A stretch of DNA of 64,000 bases from Macrostomum lignano (Eukaryota), in NCBI GenBank assembly GCA_002269645.1, contig NIVC01002515.1, positions 1-64,000 on the forward strand, written 5' to 3'. The notes under the pieces are model-generated. The model had not been told where the DNA came from. It made no database searches and worked only from the letters and a program-made list of their open reading frames with translations. The position numbers and the translations under genes are program-made. Positions 36,050-48,400 of the stretch are shown here, in pieces (within the stretch, counting starts at the first letter, position 1; each line of letters starts with the position of its first letter).

Positions 36050-38090
36050 TGTTGCGTCCTTCTACTTAAGTTGTCCTTGACTGCACTGTCTTGAACGGGC
36101 TACAAAGATGGTAACACCAGCGCGGCTGAACTTGACATCAGAGATCCTGATCGCCCTCGCCGAGTCACCCAATTTCTTGCGGGCGCACAGATTATCGAGG
36201 CGAAGCATGCCGAACCAACCCGTGAGCACGAGAGCCCACAGAGCAGCATCTGCCGGATATGACAGCAGCAGGTGCTGGCGAATGCGCATCAGATGCTCCG
36301 GCCGGAGTGGTTGCTTAGTGGCTGGGGTCCACGACTTGCTTTAGGATGAGTGGCAGAATTGGAGCTCGCGAGACTTCGTTCGTCAAGACCGAGGCAGCGG
36401 CAATACCAGCTCAACGCTTGCAGATGAATTTGAACACTGTTGAACGAAAGAAGGCGAAGAGAGATGTCGGACAGGTAGAGTGAGAAGCTCCACCGTGAGC
36501 TGCTCAGGTCGCTCATTTAGCCCTTGACAGAAACGACACCAGGCTCGCCAGATAGACTCGTAGGTCAGCCGTGTTGACTCCGCCAGAGACCAGGGGCGTA
36601 GCCAGAGGGGGGGCAAGGGGGGCCGTGGCCCCCCCCCAATCAACCAACTCTGGCCTTGGCGCCCCCCCCCTAAAAGAAACTGGCGCCCCCCCCCCCTATA
36701 AGAAACTGGCGCCCCCCCCTATAAGAAACTGGCGCCCCCCCTAAAAGAAACTGGCGCCCCCCCCCCCCTATAAGAAACTGGCGCCCCCCCCCTATAAGAA
36801 ACTGGCGCCCCCCCTAAAAGAAACTGGCGCCCCCCCCCCCTAAAAGAAACTGGCGCCCCCCCTCCCTATAAAAAACTGGCGCCCCCCCCCCCCTAAAAGA
36901 AACTGGTGCCCCCCCCTCCTAAAAGAAACTGGCGCCCCCCTAAAAGAAACTGCCCCCCCCCTATAAGAAACTGGCGCCCCCCCCTAAAAGAAACTGGCGC
37001 CCCCCCTAAAAGAAACTGGCCCCCCCCCTATAAGAAACTGGCGCCCCCCCCTATAAGAAGCTGGCGCCCCCTAACTCACGGCCCCCCCCAATCAAAATTC
37101 GTGGCTACGCCCCTGCCAGAGACAACTTGATCAGACGAGCCGCCCGCCTCCGAAGCCGCTGCATCGCAGGGCCAGGACCTGTAAAAGCAGAAAATGGGAG
37201 GCCAGCAGAGGCCAGCGCGTGGGAAGCACACTTGCACAGTGCCATAAAAACGCATGCAAAAGTTAATGAGGCCACTCCGAGAATGAAGACGCGAAATAGG
37301 GTCAGCATAGGTCTGAAACCAGCGGCCGGCACATGAAAGAAGCTTAACACAACTTTGTTTGCGAAACAGAAGAGACCAACGCTCTGAAGCAAACGCAGCA
37401 GCTCAGGGTCCTTAGAAGCAGCCTTGTTGAGGATGAAGACAGCTGGATCATTGTCAACGTAGCATACGACCTTGCACTGGCTCAGCAGCGGGCGCAGCAC
37501 CATCAGAGTGTGAAGCGGCACGAAGAGCTTCTTTGTAGTTGATCGAGTACTTGGCAAACTGGCCATTGAAGTCCTTCTCCCAGTCGATGAAGATCCAGTC
37601 ACAAAAATTGTGGCTGCGGACGACTCCCGCCTTCTCAGAGAAGTCATTCTCCAGCTGCACCCACTCTCGTTGAGATACTTAATTGGGCCAGAGCTCGCGG
37701 CCATTCAGCTTGCGGATAGCCAGGTTCCACCACTCCAGCTCGCCACGCAGCGACTCATCCATACGGATGCAGTGCCTAGGATGAGCTAGTGAGTTGACTC
37801 TGGAAATCAGGTTGCGCAGGAAACTTCTACCCACGGGAGGAGCGACCTACCTGCTGGCACCACCAGTTAATCTTGCCACACGGCTTCTGAAGCTCCCGCT
37901 TAGTTAACCGTACTTCAGCTTCATCTGCTGGATGAGGTTGACGTCAGATCGATCTTATCATCGGGCAGGAAAAGCAAACCAGAACTCGTGTCGATGTTCA
38001 CACCGCTAGGTATGAAGGTACGTGACGGTCTGGGCTGGGGCGCTGCTCTTCTCCCAGTTGTTGTCGAACCCGAGACGTTGGAGAAGACAC
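36050..38090 (-). mobile_element. Degenerate DIRS-type (tyrosine recombinase) retrotransposon fragment: RT C-terminus, RNase H and truncated YR
   Basis: Minus-strand frameshifted motifs: LGFDNNWEKS..QTVTY, GVNIDT..LFLPDDKI, RLTKRELQKPCGKINW, GRSFLRNL..ELEWW..NG (RT/connection); VVCYVDNDPAVFILNKAASKDPELLRLLQ..FFHVP (RNase H); LIKLSLAESTRLTYESIWRAWCRFC and GWFGMLRLDNL (YR). Confidence 0.85.
36591..37115. mobile_element. Non-autonomous hAT-type MITE (525 bp) carrying a ~25-bp minisatellite (CCCCCTAAAAGAAACTGGCGCCCCC), inserted in the DIRS YR ORF
   Basis: 14-bp TIRs CAGGGGCGTAGCCA / TGGCTACGCCCCTG; 8-bp TSD CCAGAGAC at 36583-36590 and 37116-37123. Removing the MITE restores the YR reading ..LIKLSLAESTR... 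Confidence 0.92.
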
Positions 38091-40337
38091 TTAGGTTATT
38101 AGGTTTGTTCACTTTAAGTCTTCATTGAACTTATTGACATTTAATTAAGGATTTAAGTATTGAGATCAGATGTGAAAATTTTCTCAGAATGTACATACGA
38201 CATGCATGTATGTCAACAAAAACCAGACATTAACCATGTTCAATGGTAATAATAAACAGACCTGTTTAGTTTTAAAAGAAATAAATTTTGTATGTTGAGA
38301 GTTATAAAGATAACAAAGAAACGGTTTTGTTTTATTTTTACTGGTTTTCACGCACGGTTTTAACTAAATTCTTTGCGCAATTCGCCGGCGGTCACACACA
38401 CAGCCACACTAAGTAGGGCCTACCCCTTGCCCTTAGTACTATAATCTATGTAACTTACAATTACAAAATATCGATGTCTCTGGTTGACTTAATCGAAGGC
38501 TTTCCTTAGTTACTTAGCGTTAGATAGTTTAAGAAAATTTTGATTTTTTTATTACAGAATAATTATCAAAATTAATTTTCAGAAAAACAGTAAGTCAAAT
38601 TTAACATTTAGGCCTACTTCCACCACTCTCCGAATGTTGGCATGCTGCGTCAGATTTTATAAAATTTCGGTCATTATTTGACTTCATTATTGTCTATGAT
38701 TAAATTATTAATTTAAAATATTTTTCTGTTTAAAATGGCAATGTAAGTATATATCTAAAGGGCAAGGCCAAAGCCCAAAGGCAGAACTTGAAGTCTTGGA
38801 CTAGGCTAGGCAGCTAGGCGCCTAGGCTTAGGCCTAATTAAAAATAAATGTTAAAAATGGGATGTGCTGTGATTTTGTCTGCCACCTTTTTTGTCTGCTG
38901 GCAGATAAAACAACTTTTACTAGCAGACAAATCAGATGCAGGTCCTAGAATTTTTGTGGTCTGTAATGAACAGACTTTTATGAGTTCAAAAAACATAATT
39001 TATAATTTACTAATGCTAGGCCTAGTTTGAATAGAAAGTGTATTGCTGGTCTAAGGTGTCTTTAATTTGAAACAATATTTTTATTTAATTTGCACAGGCT
39101 AAGGCCTACCAAACAATTAATTATGCATTAGTTAATAAACAATGCAAATTATAATGTCAACACATTCACATATATCTATATAGACCTTTTACTAGGTTAG
39201 GCCTAGCACATAAGTATAGTAGGCCCCCCTAGTACACTGACAGACTAAATTTTCAAGTTGGGTTGTTACTATGCCATTGAGATATATTATATACATTGTA
39301 ATTTGTAACATTGAAAAAAGGTCACAATTTTTAAATCAAAATAATCTATATCTAATGCATATGACTGAGCCAAAAAGTGCACAAATGCTATATTTTGCAT
39401 TCATTTATTTGTGAATTAGGCCTATATTTATTTTGTATTTGCATCTATTTAGGCCTATAGGTCAATTGGATATTTTATATTTATGTATTACATTGGGATT
39501 ACAAAAGTTTTCCATAAGAAATTTGCCTACATTAAGTTTTTGCAAAAGTTTTTTAACCCATTAAAATTTTAATGCCAAACCAAAGATAACCTGTGTTGAA
39601 ATTTTCCTATACAAATTAATTTTATTAAAATAAATTTTGCTTTCCAAAGATTGGTCACCAAAGGTTGCTTAGGCCTACCAAAGTTTGCTTGCAGAAATTA
39701 TTCCTACTAAATTTTATGAACTAAGAATGGCTTATGAAAGTTTGCCTAAACGTATATTTTACCAAAGTTAATTTTCAACAATAATTATATATTAGCATTT
39801 AGCAACATATTATACTTAATATTATATTGCTAAGATATAATACATAGATTTATATATTTTAAATGACTGTATCTATTAATGGTCTTATTGATCATGTGAT
39901 CAGGAGCCTAAAAATCCTCAAACCTATTCCTAATACTAAAGCACTAAAGAGCATTGAAATTAGGAATTTTTTCTTTGAAATAAAAAAAGAAATTTAACAA
40001 CTTGGAGTTCTTATCATATGAGAAGATGTTATGATACGTTATTTTTTATCTTATGTTATACTTTAGTATAACAAAAGTTTGATCCATTGGCTTTAATTAG
40101 AATGTTAATACTTAAAAATTAACTTAAAAAAATACTTAAAAAAATACTTAAAAAATTGTTATGAATTTATATAAATTAAATTAAATTAAATTATATATAA
40201 ATAATATATGAATTAATATATATGACATACAAATGTAGGTTATCTTGGTAGGAAAAATTTATTTTGGCAAACTTTAGTAAACAATCTTTGGGCTTGGCAA
40301 GCAAACTTTGCACAATCAAATTTTGCAAGTAATCATA

Positions 40338-41932
40338 CAAGGGGTGTCCCAAAAGTAGTGTTACTTTTAATTGTAGCTCTCATTCTATAGCTTCTTGTGG
40401 TTTAAAATTTTATGAACTGATAGCAGCGAATCTCTTACTAACTGCTTTTTGAATTTAAAAAATTGATACCAGAGAACAAAAGTTATACCCACAAAAGTTT
40501 AACAGTTTAACCTGTACTATAGAGTTACACAAAATATATTAAAATATAGAATAGTCAACTTCTGCACTTATTCATTAAGAAGGCACCAATAAACTGTCAT
40601 TTTGCTGACCACAAAGGATCCGTGCACAGAGCAGTTTTGTGTGAATTTCTGAGACATTATGGCCAGCACCCCAAATAGTAAAGATGGCACTTTGCTAAGC
40701 AACAACTGAGTGCATATCCATGTGTGTTGTTGAGTATGGGCAATGAAATCATGAACAAATTGCAAACTGCAAGCTTCTCTGTTTGCAAGTAAAGTAATGA
40801 ATTTAATGCTTTATTTTTCTGCACATGATCCTGTCCATAGACAAATTTCAGTCAATCGCAATGAGCTTCATTTTCCAATTGGGCCTTGGTATTGCTTAAA
40901 CAAGACTTTTATCAATGCCTTCTTTATGAATGAGTGAAGTAGTTGACCATTATAAATTTTAATATAGTTTATGTAACTCTATGATACAGGTACTGTTACT
41001 TTTGTAGGTATAACTTTTGTTCTCTGGTATCAATTTTAAAAATTCAAAAAGCAATCTTTAGAAAAAATTTGCTGCTATCAGTTTGTCAAAGGGCTGATTC
41101 TTCTGTCTCTTTAAATGATTCCACAGCTGTCACTAAGTTGTCAAAGGGCTGAACTCCTGTTTTTATAAATGTTGGTAGCTGCCACTAAGACTATTCTATT
41201 AATAAATTATGAGTTTATCTATCTTAGAATAATCCAAGAAACGTTTCTTAGAATTGATCTGAGTATATATCTTAGTATTTAGTCTGAGTATTTAGTCTGA
41301 GTATTATTCTGATTCCGGTAGCGTTTACTGTACTTTTGGCCTGAGTGGTCTATTGGCTATACTAGTATATGTATTCCATGTACTTTGCAAGTCCTTGGGC
41401 ATTACCGAGATCAGAGGGTCACAGCCTCTGGTTATTCTTACATGTATCACTTCAGATCTGCTTCGTATTCTCTTACTACTCAATACTGCTGCTTTTTAAT
41501 AATATGTACTGTATACACTTCAGTCTATTTCACTCTTACTTCTTAAAAGGAATTAACACAGAAAACACTTCTTCAATTCTTATTTTCTCGGAACTCTTAC
41601 TATTTGTTATCAACTATTTTGTTAGTGAACCGCGGTGCGTGAGGTTGGTCTCTCCTATGCCGAAAACGCTTCTACGAGTATTTACCAGGCCTATACTAAA
41701 ATTTACTGCTAGTTTAAACAAAAATTAGTTAGTGTAAAATATTATGAAAAATATGTGTATTATAACAAATGTGTTTTCCTAGATTTGGCATGCATTCAAA
41801 TGAGTTATATGATTATTAATTTTATAAAAGAATCAGGAGGGGCCCTGCACAAGTTCATAAAATTTTAAATCACAAGAAGCTATAGAATGAGAGCTACAAT
41901 TAAAATTAACATTACTTTTGGGATACCCCTTA
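40338..41932. mobile_element. Non-autonomous element with ~250-bp imperfect TIRs, probably Tc1/mariner superfamily; right TIR split by an insertion
   Basis: 40339-40418 is the inverted copy of 41852-41932, and 40415-40587 is the inverted copy of ~40915-41083. Termini are TA|CAAGGGGTGTCCCAAAA and TTTTGGGATACCCCTTA|TA. Confidence 0.75.
41084..41851. mobile_element. Probable solo LTR (768 bp)
   Basis: TGT...ACA termini with a 4-bp duplication AGTT (41080-41083 and 41852-41855). The empty site can be rebuilt from the intact left TIR of the host element. Confidence 0.65.
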
Positions 41933-42256
41933 TATTAATTAAGCTGGAATTATTTTTTTAGTTAGCAAGTTTCTAAAATTTAATGGTACTTAAATATTTA
42001 TAGTTTTTTCTATGGCAATATAAATAAATGAATATGCTAAGTATGAAGTTGCTTATATGCTAGCTTTTTATTGAAATTTGGCTATACCATGGTATATATA
42101 AATATTGAACCTAAACTTGGCAGTTTTTTATACAATGGTATATATTAATATTGGACCAAAAAGTCTATATGCCAAGTGTACACCAAGATTCTTAGTGAGA
42201 GGCAAAGGTCTGCCAGAATTTTTTGGCATAATGGCTACTTTGGTATCCATTTGGAG

Positions 42257-44673
42257 CATACATGCGCAACTGCTGGCCGACCTGGCCGATCCGGCCACCG
42301 TAAATCGTGGCTGACCAGGGGTAAGTCGCAAAATTGAGTCAACCAAAAACAGAAAAACACAAGAACCAAGAAAGGCAAGAGGAAAGTGAAAGAAAGAGCA
42401 GTTTAGGGAAAATGGTGAAGCAAAAGAAAAACAATTCGCAAAAGAAGCAAACTAAGTTGTAAAAATAATCAGGTAAGTCGCAAAAAGGATCAGGTAAGTC
42501 GCAAAAGAAGCAAACTAAGTCGCAAAAAGGATCAGGTAAGTCGCAACAGGAATCAGGTAAGTCGCAAAAGAAGCAAACTAAGTCGCAAAAAGGATCAGGT
42601 AAGTCGCAAAAGGGTTAGGTAAGTCGCAAAAGGGTTAGGTAAGTCGCAAAAGGGTTAGGTAAGTCGCAAAAGGGTTAGGTAAGTCGCAAAAAGGATCAGG
42701 TAAGTCGCAAAAAGGATCAGGTAAGTCGCAAAAAGAATCAGGTAAGTCGCAAAAGAAGCAAACTAAGTCGCAAAAGGATCAGCTAAGTCGCAAAAGGATT
42801 AGGTAAGTCGCAAAAAGGATTAGGTAAGTCGCAAAAAGGGTTAGGTAAGTCGCAAAAAGGATTAGGTAAGTCGCAAAAAGAATCAGGTAAGTCGCAAAAG
42901 GATTAGGTAAGTCGCAAAAGGATTAGGTAAGTCGCAAAAGGATTAGGTAAGTCGCAAAAGGGTTAGGTAAGTCGCAAAAGGATTAGGTAAGTCGCAAAAA
43001 GGATTAGGTAAGTCGCAAAAAGAATCAGGTAAGTCGCAAAAAGAATCAGGTAAGTCGCAAAAGGATCAGCTAAGTCGCAAAAGGATTAGGTAAGTCGCAA
43101 AAGGATTAGGTAAGTCGCAAAAGGGTTAGGTAAGTCGCAAAAAGGATTAGGTAAGTCGCAAAAAGAAGCAACTAAGTCGCAATAAGAGGGAAGTAAGTCA
43201 CAATCAGAGGCAATCAGGGGGTAGTAGGTGCAAGTGTGGCAAGAGAGCAAAAACAGAATAGAAGCCTTCAACCACAGACAAGATCTTTGAAATCAGAAGC
43301 CCGCGTCAACAGTTTCCCATTGATTTCTTAAACTCTGGAGCAGGGGTTGGCAAACTCCGGCTCGCGAAGCCCCTCTATCTGGCCCTCGCCCCTCGGGTTC
43401 TTTGAAACTTCCTAACCAGCAAGGTTGGTGTCTCTTCAACTCTCATCTCTCTCTTCTTCTCTACCTTGCCTCCCCTCTTCTCTCTCTCCCCCTTTTCCCT
43501 CTTCTCTCTCGTCTCATTTTTACTCTCCTCTCTTCTCCCCCTTTCTCTCTACCCTTTCTCCTCAATGCCCTCTTCTCTCCTCTTATCTTCAGAAAAAATA
43601 TGTGCATATTTTCTTACTTCAAAGTAGAGGGAATAGAAGATTAGAGATAAGCAAACAGAGGAGAGGCGAGCGATGCGATGGGAGAAAAGATAGAAGAGGA
43701 GAGAAAAGCTGAGGGAGGAAAAAGAGATGAGAGAGAAGAGGAGATGAGAGGAAAGAGGAAAGAAAAGATGATGGATGAGATCAGAAGAGAGGAAAGAGGA
43801 AAGAGGAGAGAGTAGATGAGAGAAGAGAGGATAAAGAGGAGATGAGAGGAGAGTGAAGAGAGGAGAGATGAGAGAGTAGAAAAGAGAGGAGAGATAAGAT
43901 GAGAGAGTAGAGTGGAGAGAGACGAGAGGGAAGATAAGATGAGAGAGTAGAGTGGAATGGAGAGAGACGAGAGGAGAGATAAGAATGTAGAGAGGAGACA
44001 GAAGAGATAGGAGAGGAGAGGAAAGAGAGAAGGGATAAGGGATGAGAGAGAAAAGAAAAAGAGGATGAGAAGATTGAGGAATGGAGAGAATTTGCAAAGG
44101 CCTCAAATCTTAGTTTAACATGCATTACTCCCATCTTTGCCTTTTTCCTAACTGTTAACAAGTTTTTGTTTGAGCATGACTTCAAATTTAGAATCTATGC
44201 AAAAATAGTTCCGGGAATTAGAATTCAGTGGTTTAAAAATCTGTGGGTTTTCACAGCTTGTATCTCTACTGGATTCGTATTCTGCATCTGATGAGCCATC
44301 TGAATCAGGGCTCTCATCTTCCATGCCAAATCGTCTAGCAAATCGTTCTTGAGCTATAGGTCACACTGTATTCTCTTCACTTACTTCTGGACATTCATGA
44401 ATCATGACTTTTGTAGTATGCTCACTACACTGTACTGACAATTTACTAATTGCTTCATGCCGCCACTAGATGACATACTGATTAGCTGTTTTAAAAACGC
44501 GAAATCTGCACGCAGCACTAATTAGCTGGCGAGGCAATTAGCTTTAAATTATGGTCATAGTTACTCCTGCCGTTTACCTAAAGTTTTTGCTTGGCTCTTT
44601 CATAGGTAAGTCGCATTTTTTATCGAAAACTAAGTCGCACGGCCAGCGTAATTTCAGAAGTTGCGCATGTATG
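42257..44673. mobile_element. Non-autonomous hAT-like DNA element (~2.4 kb) containing a ~20-bp minisatellite (GTAAGTCGCAAAAGGATTAG, ~42470-43190) and CT/GA low-complexity DNA (~43400-44095)
   Basis: 15-bp TIRs CATACATGCGCAACT / AGTTGCGCATGTATG. Flanks ATTTGGAG and ATTTTGGAG fit an 8-bp TSD with a 1-T difference. The TAAGTCGCA motif also occurs near both ends. Confidence 0.65.
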
Positions 44674-45451
44674 ATTTTGGAGTTTGTAGACTATGGTATA
44701 TATGTATTATAAATTCACATTACTTTTTATTTGGTTTTTGTCTTTAAATATCATAGTATTATGTATTACTAGATAAAAATGTAAATGGGATAAAATAAAG
44801 TTAGGACTTAGATTCTTAGAATTTGTTGGGATTAAGACCAGATTATTAGAATAAGATTGCTGGGAAGAGGTTTTGGTTTTATATTTAAGTCTAGCAGTTA
44901 TATTATCTTAATTTCATAAATTCATTTATTCCTTATATGGTAAATCATTTACTTGTTATCAAAGTGCATTGTTGGGTGTAAGTTTGGGTGTAAAACTAAA
45001 CAATTAAAATTTTCAAATTGTAAATATTATTCTTTATTTTAAGAAGATTTAAAAAAAACTAAGTAGATTTTTTGTAATTTCAAAGCAAATCTTTTGACAA
45101 GCAGCTTTACAATTGTAGACATCTGTCTAAAGAAAACTATTTTTTAATAAAAAAATGGTGTAGATATCATTATTAGTGCAAATTTGAAACAAAACTAAGG
45201 ACAAAAAACAAAAGTAGTAATTACGTCATAAACAATAGTATTATCAATCATGGTCTTCAAAGCTGCTGTATAACTTGGGAAGTAAATAAAATTCATTAAT
45301 CACCACTTGTAGTGATAATCTTTTTTATGCAGGTAATTTCTTATTATAACTTCTTGCACAAGAAATTCAAAATTCCTATGATACTACTATCAGTAAAAAG
45401 CCAAAAATCTCTCAATTTATTGCATGCTCTTCCTGTCAATAAGCTTTCTCA

Positions 45452-48400
45452 ATGGCTACAAAGAAAACATACGAAGGGGCCCGCCGGCCCGCTCCGAAAT
45501 TCAACTTCATGCCGAAACAGACTGACCATTCTGCCGCAGAATCCGCCGCCATTGAATCCGCCGCCGATGCTGCCGCAGCCTCCGATGATGAAGCGCCGCC
45601 CGCCTTCGGCATCCTCTCAGACGATGAAGAACCGGAAGATCTGGTTGAGTCGAACATCTTCACTGAGCGCGATTTGCGCAGATCTGCCACAATGGCTTCC
45701 TCGGCGGCCGAGCCTAGTGCTGCAGGCGGACTGTCCCGCCTCCACGCTGAAGCCGCCGAGCAGACCATCCTCAGTACGGCATTTGAGACGCCAACAACTT
45801 ATAATCCGTTGCAGAAGCGTCAGATTAAAATCAATCTTGGCACTGTGCCAGCCGCTACCGCCGCCCCCGCCGCCCCCACCTCGTCGGCATCGGGCCAAGC
45901 CTCCGGGTGCTTCGGTAGGCCGCTGCTGCCTAATCCTGCGGACCTGGCTCTTGGCCAAGGCTACGTGCTCAGTGCTCCCCCTGCGACTGCTGCTGCTGCT
46001 GCTTCTAGGCCTCGAACTCCGCCGACTCCGCCAGCTGCTCCGCCGTCAGCGTCGGCATCATCAGCGACTGGTCGTCCGCGAACTCCGCCAACACCGCCGC
46101 TGCCACCCTCATCATCAGCTGCTGGCAAATTTGTATTCGATTTTAGTAAACCACCGCCCGGATTTGAGCAGAGCCAGTCGTCTCTCATCTCAATGCCAAA
46201 CTTGATGCGGCCACCGCCGCCTCTGTCTGCTGCTGCCGCTGCTCCCGGACAGCCGCCGTCTCTGCCGCCGCCGCCGGCAGTCTCGACGCTTGCGCAGCCG
46301 CCTCGCGGCCCCCTGCTAGGCGATCGGCCAGTGTCCGAGCAGACTCGCCGAAGCCTGCCGCTGCCCAGTCAGCTGTCCACCCTGCCGCGGCCTCCCACTC
46401 CGCCGCCGCCTGCAACACCCGGTTCGATGTTGAATGAACAGCAGCAGCCGCCGCAGCCTCCGCCGCCGCCTCCGCCAGCCTCTATGCCGACTGGCGGTCA
46501 ACGTCGCGTACTTCTCGACGAACCTCCGCCGCCGTCATTGGAGACAGCAGCGGCTGACCGAGATCAACAGACAGACGAGGACGCCGAGGTGAAACAGGCC
46601 GAGCTGTTCCTTGAGCAGCTGGCCTCCTGGCTAGCCAATATCAAATCCTACGAGTCCGACATGAACGAATATTTCCAAAGCTGCGCCCAGCAGATGCACG
46701 AGCACTACGCCAGCTCGCAGCAGACAGAAGACAGTAAAAAGATTCACGAGACAGAATATAGAAAACTGTACGACGAATACGAGAAATTCGCCGCCTATAT
46801 GCGCCAGATGAGCCAGCACTATGAGGATACGAAAGCAGATTTAGAGAAGAGACGCGCTAAAGCAGTTGAACGGCGAGACAAGCGGCTGGCCGAGCAGCAG
46901 GCACTGAAAGAGAAACAGCTGGCCGCTCACGCTGAACCGCCGCCGACCAGAAGCTTAACAAATAATGCCGAACAATTATTGAGCGACAGTTTATTAGTTG
47001 AAGCCTACTCTACTACATCTACGGCTGCCTTGACAACAACTAATAGTACTACAGCGTCCATGACAACCGCTAGCGCGCTAGGCGCCGCCGCGGCCGCCGC
47101 CGTCAGCGCACTGAGCCGGATGGATCTGTCCGATCCGGATTCTTGGAATAAATTTGCGGCCACTCTGCCGGCCAATTCCGATACGGCCTCTTATTACAAG
47201 CTCTATAGCAACCAGATGGTGGCTAATTTCCAGCGCATGCTGGTTGGCGTCCCAGCTGCTGAGGCTGAACGCTTGTCGGTGTCGTTCGCGGCCACTCTGC
47301 AGTCGGAGGCGCCCGGTGGTGGCGCCGGCGGTGGCGCCGATTCCGGCGGCGAGTCGGACAGCGGCATCGCAGGCGGCCTCACCCTGCAGGGCCTGTCTAG
47401 AAATCAGCGCAAGAAGCTTCGAAAGCGCGCCAAAGCTTTGCAAGACGCTAAGGCGGCCAAACGGCAGCACCGGAAATTGTTGCTGGCCGCTCCGGCTTCC
47501 GGTCCCACTGAGAAGGGAGGCGCTACCGACTCGACGGGAGGCGCTGGCGACAATGCCGATGAAGACGCCGATGCAAAACCGACTCCGCCGCCAGGCTACA
47601 TGGACCCGGCCGGCGACCCGCGCCTGGTCATGCAAGACTATTTCGAACGGTTCGCCAATGGCGAATGGAACTATGCCACCTGGAATCAGTACATCACGGT
47701 TATGCAGCGGCACAATCCCGCTTGGTACGAAGTGTTTATTGCCCAATCTAAACAGCACGGCATCAATTGGGACGATATGTATCGATATTATACTGGGGGC
47801 AAGGCTGCCGATCATCTGGCCGATCTGACCGGGGGTCGGCTGACCTCGGCTAGCGGGGCCGGCGACGGGCCGCCGTCGATACTGGAATTGGCCGCTCAGC
47901 CGGCGCCGCCGCCGCCGCCGGAGCGACTATTTGACGACGATAACAATGAGAAAGTGGACCTGGGCATTGGCGATGAGGCCGATTTAGTTGAATTAGACGC
48001 ATTGGACAATAATAATGAGCAGGAGGCTCAGCAGCATAAAGCTAAGGATAGGAAAGCAGACTCTGAGGATGACGGCGACAATGATGATGATGATGAAGAT
48101 GAAGACGATGATGACGACGACTGGTCATTTTGCAAGCTGTGCAATCAGGAGTTTCGATCCGAGCGCGGCTACTTGGCGCACCTGCGCGGCGTCACTCACA
48201 TGAAGAACGCGCTGGACCGGGCTGCCAGCAAGAAGCCGCACATGTTTCGGGAGGAGCGGGCTCGCCAGGAGGTGGCCGTTAAGGCTGAGGTGATTTTTCT
48301 TATTTAATAATTATCTGTGAGATTGTGAGTTCTAGGGAATTTGATTATCCCGTACCGGAAGTGTAATATTCCACACCGGAAGTGTAGTAGCTTATCGATA

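Noticed and set aside
40590-40915. Possible transposase remnant in the core of the long-TIR element (GHNVSEIHTKL on the minus strand)
   Set aside because: Multiple stops and only a vague HTH-like resemblance.
42600-43140. GGGTTAG words suggesting interstitial telomeric repeat
   Set aside because: Single occurrences within a 20-bp unit, not (TTAGGG)n.
45436-47828. Overlapping and antisense ORFs across GC-rich exons (also at 33.4-34.4 kb, 53.4-54.7 kb and inside the mariner and Gypsy ORFs)
   Set aside because: Expected shadow ORFs of GC-rich coding sequence, with no independent motifs.
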